From assembly GCA_964035545.1 (NCBI GenBank), contig OZ037767.1:9682581-9746580 (forward strand): 64,000 nucleotides of DNA, written 5' to 3'. Source of the DNA: Bugula neritina. Its lineage: Eukaryota; Animalia; Bryozoa. Made by a program: the position numbers and the translations under genes. Below, in pieces: positions 13,046 to 26,700 of this stretch. Positions within the stretch are counted from its first letter, which is position 1, and the number at the start of each line of letters is the position of its first letter. Below the pieces are notes generated by a model. The model had not been told where the DNA came from and ran no database searches. It saw only the letters and a program-made list of their open reading frames with translations.

Positions 13046-13934
13046 GTAAATGCTGTAACCTACAACAGCAATATTATCTAATACTCTGTAATTAGTAAGC
13101 TATAGCACACTCTTTTCCCCCCTCTCCCCTTTCTCTCCCTCTTTCTCCCCCTCTTTCTCCCCCCCTCTCTCTCTCTCACTTTAAAATGTTATACTGTTGA
13201 CATAATACGCAATGACTCTGCGTACAAACCATCCTTGGACTTTTCTACAATTAGTGGCTGTTATTACTTGTTTTGATAACGCTATATATCACGTAGAGCA
13301 GATGGACAACGTTAATGAACTAAATAGACACACATTTGTGGAATGTATGCAGGCTATTACAGACTGATACCAGTATTACAAGTAGTTGCATGGCCTTGTA
13401 TATTAAATCTTTTTTTAAATAAAGTGCCAATTGAAGTTAGTTTATTTGAGTTAATATTTAATTTAAGTTTGCTAGAATGCAAACTTGGCATCTTACTTTA
13501 CAAACAAGCAGAGGTTTTTTGTATTATGTCATCTCGTGTTAGACAACAGACACCCCCATTGTACACATACTTCACATTTTATTGTTGCGTTCCTTTTACA
13601 TCATGAGATAACATATAGTGAATAATAATACTATAATTGTGACATGTGATATATGTGAATTGGCTTACACTGGGCGAGGAAGAAAGCTGATGTCGTGTGT
13701 AAATACTCTGTAAATGTCAAGAGATAATTACATTGGTTTAATTCCTTCTGCAGGGATTGTCAATGTCTTCATTAGCTGATGATGTAATTCATCCAATCAG
13801 ATGGGTTAATGAGATGAGTTGGTCTTATAATACACTACTCAGTTCATTGAGTGTTCAGTCCAGTGACACATACTGATTGATATACTGGAAGGTTCAACTT
13901 TTGCCAAGTGTACAGAATAACGCCTACTGGGGTG

Positions 13935-16900
13935 ATGGGCAACAATCAGATTATCATAGAATATTCACCAGCAGCAGATCTAGACGATCTTTCTCCTGGA
14001 TTTCGGACATTTTGTATCATATTTCAATCTATTTTGGCACTCAGTGGCAGTGCAGGAAACCTCTTAACAATACTCGCTGTGGTGATTTGTAAGAAGCTGA
14101 GAAGGACTCACAATGCTTATATTGCTCATCTAGCATTAGTAGACTTTTTTATTAGCAGCTTGCTCATACCTCTGAACATTGTAGGTCTGTACCGACGTAA
14201 GAGTCATGATGAGTCAGCAGCCTGCAAGGTGATAGCTGTGATATCTCTCATAGCACTCGTTCTCTCAGTCTTGAACCTGTTTATGGTTTCTTTAAACAGA
14301 TACATTCTTATCTGTAAAGGAATGTTCACCTATACAAAGATGTACAACAAAAAGACTGTTCCACTTTCCATACTCTTACTGTGGGGTTGGGCCATTCTAG
14401 TCGTGACTCCTATGTTAGCAGCAGACGGTGTGGGTTGGAGCCAGAAGACTCACTACTGCTTTTTCCGTAACTACTACTTCTTCAGTTACATTTATATAAC
14501 AGTTGGTTTGGCTCAGGCAGGAGTTGTCTTGCCTGCAGCTGCTACTTCTGTCTGCTATGTTATGATAATAAAGAAGCTGAGAACTACGGCCAGAAAGTTG
14601 GCTCCTAAGAACCCCAACAGCCTTGTTAAAGAGGTAGGTTTAACTATATTCTAGCTCTAATAACTTATCTCAAGTTGGTACTACTTTACTTCCGAAATAT
14701 TTTTACAAGAAATCAAACCATATTTTGCAACATGTCCACTTATCCACACAGAGATGCTATAACACGCTTGATCTGAAACTCCAATTTCAGATTAATAATT
14801 TTGGTTACAAGTCACTGCAGCTCAGAATCTGTTAAAAAACAGCTTTTTGCCTCAATGTAGATTAAATTAAAAATAGGGTTCATCATTAAAAGCTTTTAAA
14901 AAACAATTTAATTTAATTTTAAAGATCTTTGGAACCACTTAACGGCAAATTGAAATTGTGCCTGTTTTCTCCTTTAATTGTGCTAATTGATAGCCAGTTG
15001 AGTTGTTTAAATATCTGCTACCTAACCATATTATTATGTTAAAAAACTTGACTGGTAAAAATAGGCACCTTAAATTTTCTGGTTTTCATAATTTTAATTG
15101 TTAACTTTTCTAGTGGGAAACTAGTTTGAATATTGTATATTTTGAATTCAGCACTATATGCCTTCCATGCATCCTGTAAACCATCCTGTAAAGTATGTTT
15201 CTGTTAATAATGAATAGGCTCAGTTTTTACAGAAGTAGTAAATGTTAAGGTTTATGAGAATTTGTGAAAGCCAAGTCTATAAAAATATGTCCTAGCATTA
15301 TAAGCTAGCTACCTATAAAAAGTTGAGAAAATTCAGAGCAATATTTGGAAAATTGAGTTGTTAGAAACAGCTGAAAGCTAAATTAACAACTTTAAACTAC
15401 TTTTCTTGCAACATGCATTTATAAAGGCCAGTTTCATGTTTTTGGTATTTGTATGCTGCAGCACCTTTATTGGTGGAAATTTTTCATATTTGATTTCAAT
15501 TAAACAAGTAATGATTAACTTTGCACACTTGTAGCCTTTTTCAAAAAAATAGATAGACTTGTATTAAAAGATTTAAACTCTATTCATAGTCTTGAACTTG
15601 AACAGACCGTGCACTCGACTCCCGCTAGGCAAACTCTGTTTCCTGTTTTGTTGAAAGCTGCTAGTCATTGCTTTTAAAGGTTAAATAAGTAATCATAAGC
15701 ACAGTGTAACTCGAAGAGATTCAATACAGAGTGATAGCTATAGAGAACTTCCAATAGATTGTAAAGTTTAATTCTATATATAAAAGTCATTTCTATTGCA
15801 TTTCTTTCTAATAGTGTTGCACAGCATTGCATTGTGTACTTTCATGTAGTTAGTGTAGGGGTGGTCTAGGGGTTAGAACACTGGTTTAGTAAACACCAGG
15901 TCAATGGTTTGAATCTTAGTAGCCAGTGGTCCCTTTCTTTAGTTCTCTGAACTTTGTTAAACCAGTCATTTGATTCTTTCAATGTTCATAATTCATGATA
16001 TAAATTTAAATTTAACTTATAAAGGATATATTAAAATCAACTAGACATAAAATATGCTTTATCCAATTTATTATGGATTACTAATAACTAGACTCTAGAG
16101 CAAAGTGAGCTTTAGATGGTATTTTCAGATGGCTGAGTTAAAATACAGTCACATTAAACGAATGCATTAATCATGATGATGAAGTTAATCCTGTGAGTTG
16201 GTAGGTTTTGTTTTAACCCCATAAGTTGAAAATTAAGGTACACATTTCTATTACTCATAGCATGGATGCATGGTTAAAGTTACCGGGTTACTGTGTGCCT
16301 TACAGTATATATAGCACAATAGTTACAATATTTACAACACTCCACAATAAATATAACACTTTATAACAGCAGCAACACTCATAGTGTTTGTGCCTGTAAT
16401 TTTTCACAAAAGTAACATCTAAAGGCAATCAATTGCATAGCTCCAACAATTTAGCTGGGTTTTCATCTTCGAAGTAAAATTAACTCAGTTAAGTTTTCAT
16501 TGCTAATACACAAGTATGGCTAGTAACTGATGTGGTGAACTGGTACATGTTTTAGCCAGTGACATCTAGTGGCAGCAGTAACTACAATGTCACCGCCGCC
16601 TCGGATGACACGGCACAAGCGCCAGCAGGAAATGTAGATGATGTGGATGAAGATGACTTTGGCGAAGTTGAGCAGGTAGAAGTGAAGTCTGCAAACAGGA
16701 ACTCGTTAACTGGTATTTATTTGTATTCTTATGCACCTAGATTCAAACCATAAATCTCCAGCGTTCAAACTATCAATTTAACCGCATTATATCACAGGGG
16801 CTACAGGATTTCTAGCAACAAATGCTATTAATTATAGTGCTCTGTTTTATTTGCCGATAGCCGAGGCTTGGCTCCACTGGTTATTCTCCTATGAGTAACC

Positions 16901-17789
16901 TTCATCCAACCTAGACTTAATCACAATATTTTGGAAGACTAATCCCTTACAATTATGGCAGTCATGGAAGTGCCACAAACTTCTGCATTAGTACTTAAAT
17001 TACCACTAAAATGTTTTTACCAACCTTATACTTCTTATACAGTTTAAGTTAACCCAAACTGACCAAAAGATGTAGAAAAGTCTTCTGTTATAATATTTAT
17101 ATTATATTTTTTTGCATTGTGATTATCAGCAAGAATTTACATTATAAGTTACAACAAAAAACCATGGATGTAGTGACAGGTTAATTACAGATGTCAAACA
17201 AGCAAAAGACAAGACATTTTAGTATTAAAAAAGTGTAAGTTCTTGTAGTAACAAAATGGATTAGAAAAGTTTTCTCAAGCAGGCTAAGGACTTTTTCTCT
17301 ACTGCATGTGGCAAACGAGCAATTAATTACAACTCAATGCCTTTTCAATGGCCTTCACTGGAGATTCGAACCACTGACCTTGGGTTTACTAAGCTAGTGC
17401 CCAATTACTAGACCACCTCTGCTCCCTCTTATAGAGTAGTGTGTCAGATAAACCATCTTTGTAATATTTTAGCTAAGAGTAAAAAGAGAGAGAAGAATGA
17501 TGAGCATATTAAAAGACAAAGAGCAAAGCAAAGAGCACACAACAGAAGGGTTGGAGGGCTGATAATCATCTTCATGGTCTTCATGGTATGCTGGCTACCA
17601 ATCGCTGTCACATTCACCATAGACTATAAGCAGAGGCTACCAGGGTTGGTCTACGTCACATTAATCAGCGTGGCGTGGATCAATTCCAGCATTAACGTTT
17701 TCTTGTACGGTTACACTAACCCCACTTATAGACACGCATTCCGTTGCATCCTCAGATGCCGATTTTCAGAAATCAACAAACCCATATAA
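13935..17789 (+). CDS. Rhodopsin-family GPCR, melatonin-receptor/Moody/Tre1-like
   Basis: Exons 13935-14633, 16556-16712, 17473-17789 (phases 0,1). TM1 GN, TM2 LALVD, TM3 SLNRY (NRY variant of DRY), TM6 CWLP, TM7 NSSINVFLY, helix 8 YRHAF. First in-frame ATG (gtgATGg) lies downstream of an in-frame TGA at 13878. Confidence 0.88.
15858..15920 (+). mobile_element. SINE tRNA-like head fragment
   Basis: GTGGTCTAGGGGTTAGAACACTGGTTTAGTAAACACCAGGTCAATGGTTTGAATC matches the family head. Confidence 0.55.
17265..17426 (-). mobile_element. tRNA-derived SINE copy (diverged)
   Basis: GGCTAAGGACT..GAGCAATT..GATTCGAACCACTGACCTTGGGTTTACTAAGC..CTAGACCAC..GCTCCCT. Confidence 0.65.
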
Positions 17790-18439
17790 TAATTTTCTCC
17801 ACTTCCTGTTATACAGGTTTGTTAGTTCGGTGCTCATCTTAGCAATTATGAATGAAAAATATTGTGGTTTCACTTTCTGTATATTTTACATTATGTCCGA
17901 CCTGCATGCAACTTTCAGCTGTTGTCAAGTGTTATCATGTTAACTCAAAAGTTGCCCAATGTATATACAAGCATTTTTTATTTTAGCTAATTTTGAAAAT
18001 TTGTGCTGTATTGCTGATAAAAGCAATGGCATTGTTTGTAATACATCACATACTATGTTTTGGGATTTTAAAGTTATTAGCAGAACTGAATGACTATAAG
18101 CTATTTCTCATTTGCTGTAATTGGTATACAAAGTTAGAAAGCTTAAATAGAAATATATTATCTAATTTTGAAGTTAGTGATAAGTTTTTCATAATATATA
18201 AAAACATATCTTGTTGTAAAGTATTAGATGTTTTGCCATATCAAGTGTACATATAATCATAAAAAATATCAACATAGACCAAGTTCTAAAATGATTTTAT
18301 GTTATTATTATTATTATTATTGCTGTTGTAACATTTTCCTTATAAAACAAGTTGAAGGTTTTCTCACTTGTAACTCCATTAAAATATAATGATTTTTCAT
18401 ATGCTATTCAATTAGCAACTTCTTAGCAATTTCTTTTTA

Positions 18440-18745
<306 letters not shown>

Positions 18746-20702
18746 AGTTAACCTGGACTGTTATGCCAATAATTGCCGAAGGGCAGTCTCATAAAGTTAA
18801 CTGAGAATGCTGGTATAGAAGTTGGTTTCTTATGACATCATTATTTGGTATTCCTGACCCTGGCAGTCAGGGTATTAACCAGTCAAATTCTACATATTCC
18901 ACGCTGGTTAATATAGCTGCATGCTGCTATGCCATGATTAGGGCAAAGCACTGAAATAAATTATATGCATAATTCAGTGCATTTCTTAGTGTGCATTATT
19001 GTAGGGCAGTGCTAATTCCGAATAGCCATCTCAACTGAAACGAAAAACAAGCTAAACAGTTATATACTGGGAATAAAGTTTCCGGTTTTAAGTTGTAGCC
19101 TACTACAATAGAACTATAGGCTGTTCACCACCAAATATCCTAAACAAATGAGATTAATGCAAATAATCTTGGTTTACATCACTGCTTGAAATTAACTTTC
19201 AGCCTCATTTAGAGCTTGACTAAAGTTTGTTGATGCCAAGGTGCTGGATTAACCAAGCATAATGAGGCTTAAAGATGATACCACAAGGTAAAAAAGATCT
19301 AAAGATAGTAACCAGTTTATATTCTAATTGCATTTAAACGGCCTACTGAGTCGGGACAAAACAGACTGAGGTCTTTTGAAGTAAAGTAATATGTAGCACT
19401 TCTATGCCATACTAATAGTAAGAAGTGGTAAGGAAAGAACTCCTTCATCTATCATGGACTCTAGCAGAATGTAGTTGTTTTTGGCCTTAAATGTGAACAG
19501 CTTTGTAGCTACTTATTAAAAATCCCAAAAGGAAGACATTATTAAATGTTTTCCATAGTTGAGCAAAATCCTTGATATGGCACTAAGCAGTGTCCTTGGA
19601 GAGTTAATTCGATGAGTCATCGTGACAACTGTTGATGTGCATTGTTACCTCCACATGCCAAAGAGAGATGAGTGCATAAAATACAATTGATACTACCTGA
19701 GGCTATAACTAATTTTATAAATGGATTTCTTCCTGAACGCAGCAATGTATTGCGTAGATGAGTATTTCAATATATATATATATATATAATTATATATAAT
19801 GTATCATACATAGTAGCATACCTAGAGGCCAAAGAAGAGAAATAAATGTACTGCCTAAAAATGATCACTAAAATTCATTTCAATTAACATTATTTTTACT
19901 CTTTTTAAGGATTTTTACTGACGAGCAATGTCAAAATATTCTAGTTGTACTAAGTGAGTCCAATACACCCCCACTCCCAGGGTTATTTAAAAGTTTAACC
20001 ATATTTTATGCTAGTAGAACTGGATGTCTTTAATCTGTAAACTATGTATCCATTATGCTGGCCTGATAAGTTCATTCAGGTGCAGTAGTGGAAATGTTTA
20101 ATGATCTACATTCTTTTTTAATTTAAATGAATATGGTTTGGGGAGGGGTTGAAATTCTCGAGAGAACATAAAGTGTTTTATACATTTCTAATCAAGAACA
20201 CAGGCTTTGTTCAATTCCTTCCTTACTGCACCTACTTTGATAGCTACCATTAACCAACTGCAAACTCCATTAGGTAAATTCAACATGTTTGTGAGAGTAG
20301 AGAAGCTATAGCAACTGCCATATTTATGAGCAACTGATGAACCATGGATCTTAATTCGAAAACATAAATGTTGAAACTTGTTTGTGGAGATTTTTCTACC
20401 AGATTAGTCATTCACATCAGAATTCTCATGAATTGTGAGTATTAACAAGTAAACAAATAAACAATGACAGTGGGAGATGTTATGTATCATGAAACAGTGG
20501 AGTGATTCACTAAATCCTCCAGGGGTGGCCAGAAATGATTGTAGCCAAAAGACCAGGTTAACCCCCCACCTTACACCAGCTTGGTATGTCAAGATGACTT
20601 TCAACAACAGGTAGTTGAAATACTTGTTTATTTAACATTAAAATGTATCACTTTTATACAGATAACATTGAAAATACAAAATGATAATAAGGCATAGCAG
20701 TG

Positions 20703-23700
20703 TCAACGTTTAGCTTTCATAGTCTTGTTCTGAGCCATAAGAGAGGGTGTGGAGAGGGTGTCTACAGTAACCATACCGAACAAATAAGTGAAATGAACCT
20801 TCAGATGTCTGAGGTTACAGTGACTTTGACAGATGGCAACTAACACAGTCTCTTTACCTGAAACAACAAAAGCCATTATTATCACAATAAAATATTTCCT
20901 ACAAGAGAAGAAAAAGCTATTTATATGCTATGTCTGCTAATTAATTTATTATCAGATTCACATATTTTAAGCTTAACTTCAGCTTTCAGCTACTTATTAG
21001 CTAATGAATATTACGGAAAAAAGAAGTACAAAGTTTCTTGGCCTCGCGTGTGTATAACCTCTATTTATAGATGGTTTGCAGGCCACAGTATCACCAACAT
21101 TTAACTGCTGGTTCTAGTCAATAAATACTAAGAATAGTTTAATACAAACTGACCACCCACTCAGGTGTTTTGGAATAATATAACTGGACTCAAGGTAGAC
21201 AACTCCCGATTGTTCTGGTTTTTGTAGCAATAAATGTTACCTATAAACTAGAAGTGCATCTCCTCTTCACACAGGAAGCTCTACTTTAAGAGAGAATTTA
21301 TAACCTCTGATCTCAGCAATTATCAAGTGGAAAACAAATGAAAAAGGCAATAGTTTAAAGTTTCTAGTTTAAAAGCTACATTATGTCACTCAAATGCTTC
21401 TATTTATAGCATGGAAAAAGTTATTTATTGTAGTATAGTTATAGCTGTTTATAGCTTAGTTTTACATATTTATAGCAATCTATATAGCATAGTTATAGCG
21501 TGGTTAAATTTTATCGAATGATTGAAAGAACCTTTAGTATAGCATATACCAAAGGGAAGTGGAAGTCACAGGCCTAGAATTACTAATTTTCAAGTCAAGT
21601 TTTTAAGTCAAGTCAATATCTTGAGTCATCAAACCAACTTGAAGCGATAAGCAAGTCTTTGATCAAGTGAATGTACATTGGAACATATAAAAACAGGTTA
21701 TAGCAATCGATGTATAGCAAATTTGTGTAATAAAAATAAATCAGCACTTTTAGCTTTAGCTATGTTGAAATTAATATTCATCAATCATGACTAGATGAAG
21801 ATAAGATTAAAAATAACTGCAGTTATAGTAATAATGGTAAACCATCATCTGATCAAGACAGCAATTTAATCTCTCAAATAACATTAAAAATATAATTGAT
21901 GGCATAAATAACTCATTAAAAACTGTGATTTTCACCACCTAATGCTACCAATCCATAATAAATTTAGAAATTTACCCTAATGATTGATGCAAACGTTAAA
22001 AACACTAAATTAAAGAACTTGGCATTTAGATTTGCTCAAACTTTGAAGACTTGCAGTAATTCAAGTTAATTAGTTGAGCAAGTCAAGTCAATACCGGTAC
22101 TTAAGTTTCAAGCGCCTGTGAGCAATTAAGTCACAGTGAATTGAGCACAGCTCTGATGGACAGTCTGTAGCAACATATTTAATATTATAATTGTAATTCT
22201 AATTTAAATGTAAAATATAATTCTAATGTGGATGGATTCTAAATTGTAGCCACATAGTAATGCCCACCTTTGGCAGTGATGAAAGCTCTCATGGCCAGAA
22301 GGAAGGAATGCACTTTATTATCTGATGAGAGATTATCTCCATCTCCATAGCAAAGATTAATCATGTAACATAAGTCAGCTATTACTAGTGCCACTTTGTC
22401 ATTCCTGAATTAGAAAGATTAAAAAATATATTGCACTATAAAATACTGCAACATACATTAATATAACATACATATTACAATATAATATATTACAATACAA
22501 TATATTACAATGTATATAGTTTAATATATAAGTACAATATATTATAGTACATTATATTACAATATATAAAAATATAATAAATTATATTAAAATAAAAAAA
22601 AAACTCACTATCTCTGTGAGCTAAGGACTTATTTAAATGAGGCACAGGAGCAATTATGACTGGATGCTCTTCCTAACATCGCCAATGGCCTTTGTCTGGG
22701 CTCGAACCCATGACCTATGCAAACGCTCTAACCCCTAGACCACAATTATATTTTTATATATTGTAATGTATTAGGCTAAAAGATAATATAAAATGAAATA
22801 TATTATACCAAACATTATATTTCAATTCAAAATATTATTATAATATATTGTATTATAGTAATATAATATATTATGATATAACATTTAATGGAAGCACACC
22901 AACAACAAACATCTTCACTAGGAAACAGTAATAATGTTTTTGTTTACTAGTAATCTCACAGAGTTAGTGAATAGAGCTCAGTTGGCAACACAACAACTTT
23001 AGAGACATTGCACAATAAATACAGGAAGTGTGGGTTGATGAAATCTTATGTTGAAAAGGAAATCTTTTCTTTTAGTTAATACATTGCCTTTCAATATAAC
23101 AATACAATATAATTAAAATAAAGTTCATGCCAACCACGCATCAGTATAAAAATATACACTATGCAGATATACGCTCAACCCAACATGTGGATGTTAACGT
23201 TAGCAAAGCCAGTACAACTAATAATCCTATTGACTAAGAAGCTATAGCAAAGACTATTTATTTCAATAATAATTCCACTTTAAGCAACGATGAACTACTA
23301 CCAATAATCTACTTCACCACTTAATTGGCCTATAAGAATTATTGTCAGATATATAATTTATGTGCTACTCTAACAAGATAGTTAATGGGATACATCATCT
23401 TAACAGGGGAGATAAACCCTAAACTTTACAGAACTAGACTGTTGTAAACTTATTGAAAAATAAATACATTTTACTCCATCAAATCTAAAATCAATAAACA
23501 ATAATCTATATTCTATTCTAAATAAGTTGATATTTCAAGGTTACTTACTAATTCATGTGATAAATTTGATAAATAATTTACTACTAGCAGCAATGGTGTA
23601 CAACAACCCACAACGTATCACAAGGTACGTTGGCAGCAAGAGCCATTCATATAAGACCAACTGTAATTGTCTAGTTGTACATAAATTAAAGACTGGAGTT

Positions 23701-26700
23701 TTAAAATATCTTACACGTTTTTAAAGACATTTTTAAAAGAACATTAACAGATGAAGTTAGCATGAGTGAACAGTTCTACTGAGTATGAAAATTTCATTTC
23801 AGTATTCTGCTGCTAGAATAACCTACTTTAGTTTGATATATTTTAAAACCTTCAATACTTACTGTACTGATGAAGGCAACACGTGCAGTGATTCTAAGAC
23901 TGAAGAATCTCTCAACACATCTCTTGGAGTATAAACCTACAATGATTAACAGTAATACTAGCATACGAGTCACCATAATAACAGGAGTAATACTAGCATA
24001 TGAGTCATCATAATAACATCCGTAACACTAGCATATGAGTCACCATATTAACATAAGTAATACTAGCATATGAGTCACTATATTAATATGAGTAATAATA
24101 GCATGATTCAAATATTCCACTATCCCTGACACATTTATGCAGCATTAAAATATTCATACATATCTTCTTAGCCATCACCTACACACTGTTTGAGAATTGT
24201 ATGCTCAAAAAATTTATTCTATAAGAAATTCTGTGTTCATGTTGATGATGGTTCTGGTTGGCTCTGAAGTTTGTAGTATTATATTACTAATACTATTTAT
24301 TGATGACTTTCATTGCATGCTATTTTTAACCGCTGCAACGCAAAGTTTAATCACTAAGCTGGCTTGAAAGTTTTAACATAACTGATACTAACACCTGATT
24401 CATCATAGAAACATAAGAGCTTTTATTTTCCCCACATGATTCATTTAAATTTGACTAAAAAATTCACCATTTTAAGTAGCTAGCATGAATCATAGCATAT
24501 GCTTGTATAGTGAAAATTATGTGAACTGTATACAAGCACTTAAACATGTATTAAAATACAGGAAGCTAGCTATTAACTGCAGTGAACATTATTTTTTTAA
24601 TTGACATTAATTAACAAAACAAAAGCATAAAATCAGATATCTTGTCATGCAATAATTAGAAGCCACCTAAAACCTACTCAAGCGATAAAGTACATTTACT
24701 ATATAATACAAGGTATAATAATGCGTAGTATGCTAGAGTAACTGGTGTACCATATCATTGCATAATGTAATTTCTGATTGTTTCATATTTGAAACAAGAG
24801 CAACAGAGTTAAAAGAGACAGATAACGAGACTACAAGGGTGCATGTAACATGGGAGTGCAACTCTAAAAATTAATCCTTTAGATTGGATTTATGAGTCAA
24901 AATAGTTCATCTACAAAAAGCAATATGATGCAAACTAACCATATATCACTATAAAGTTAGAAACATTGTGTAAATTTGGCAATACTTATAACATAAGTTT
25001 TTGAAAAACATGCTTCATCATAATTCAAAATTTACAACACCGACTTTCCAGGTTCTGATCAAAACCGGAAAAAACTGGTTGGTAGGGGGGGGGGGGGGGT
25101 GCAGACCAACCTAAAAGTCAAACTGTAAATACTAGTGCAGCAGTCTAAAACAAAGAGAGCAGATTAGTTGGATATACAACAATCGACTCCAAATAGCACC
25201 ATGTTCACACGCACCTTTACAGTATATCTCTGTTTTTCAAGCAGTAACTGAAGACAGCGGACAAGAAGCTGCTGCCGATCAGCCGTCACTAACGCTGTCC
25301 GAGGTAAACTGGAGTTAGTCACATCTGTGATACCGAGATAAGCTTTACACTGACTAGCAGTAGGCATGTCCAACTTCAACAAGTCCATCTCTATGAAAGC
25401 ATTCTCAAAATCACTCCAACTAATCATAGCTTTGTGAACTGAGCCCATAGCCTGAGCAGCCCAGAGAGCTGAAGACTGGGCCTTTCGAACCAGTCCCGCT
25501 ATTTGCGCTGGAGTGAAGCTATCAGTTAGTAGTGCCAACCTATATATGAAAAATACCACATCTGGTTAGAGCAAGAATGCCATCCATCTGGGCATATCGC
25601 ATAAAGTAACAGCTGGAATATGGTAGAATTAAGATGGTGAGGTGTGAAGAAGTGAGAAGAGCAGAGCATGTAGATTGATAGTTTTCAGAATAGAAACTTC
25701 AAAACCACAACTTAGTAACCATACAAGCATCATTTCTGCTCACAAGTGTTTAAAGTTTCGACCAACACAGAACAAGGCTGATGGTTGTAAAATGGTCTGG
25801 CCTGTCACCCTAAACCAATGTAGAAAAAGAACTCTATATATTGTAACAGTACCTACAAAATGTTAAAATATGTAACCCGCGTTATTAGATAGTTAGTGAA
25901 GTGTATAGTTTTTGTTTCACATAGTCAGACTAGCTGTAGTTACTAAGGCTGTAGTCGAGAGTCATCTCCTTCACATAGTCTGCTTTAAGTAGCTTACACC
26001 CAGAAGACTAGGCAATAGTTGAGGTCGACATCTTGGGAATTCTGATGGTGAGAAACAAGAAACTTTGGCAGCGTCAGCATGCATGGGTTTTGATGCAGAA
26101 GATCTGTCTGACAACCTGGGACATTAGATGGCTAGAGACACGACAAACCCATTCACATGTCAACAACCGCATGTGACTGCTGGGAGTAGACAAAACATCA
26201 CCTTTGATATGGGCGATTACTCACTTAAAATAGCAGAAAGCAGCCGATTTGACAAAATCTTGATTAGATCCGATTAGCCTATCAATCACATAAAGTTCTT
26301 TCCAGCAACAGTTAATGATGGTTAATGTTAGATAAGGGTTATTGATGGTAATCATCTTTTGCGTGACTGAGCTATAAAACCTGTTAACTTAGTTGATGTC
26401 AATCTAATGGAGTACAACTACAATGAATGGGTGAAACGAAGTGAACGTTCACTCAAGTCCTCATATTCGTAGGTTAGGTTAGGCATGGCTGAAGGTCTGT
26501 AATAATATAACAAACTTTGCATGCGTTAATTCAAAATAGAAACAAATATAAAACAAAACCATGATTTATTGCTATCTGGTGTCGGTTGTTACGCGTAGCA
26601 TCCGTCCATCACGCAGTGATTATCAACAGTGGTCCCTAGAGACTTGCAAACAGGCAGTTTGGTCGGAAATGTACATTATATAAGACTGGAGTAACTCAAC

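Noticed and set aside
21568-22155. Possible hAT-like MITE with AAGTCAAGTC subterminal repeats
   Set aside because: Termini match poorly, no 8-bp TSD, and only one copy in the window.
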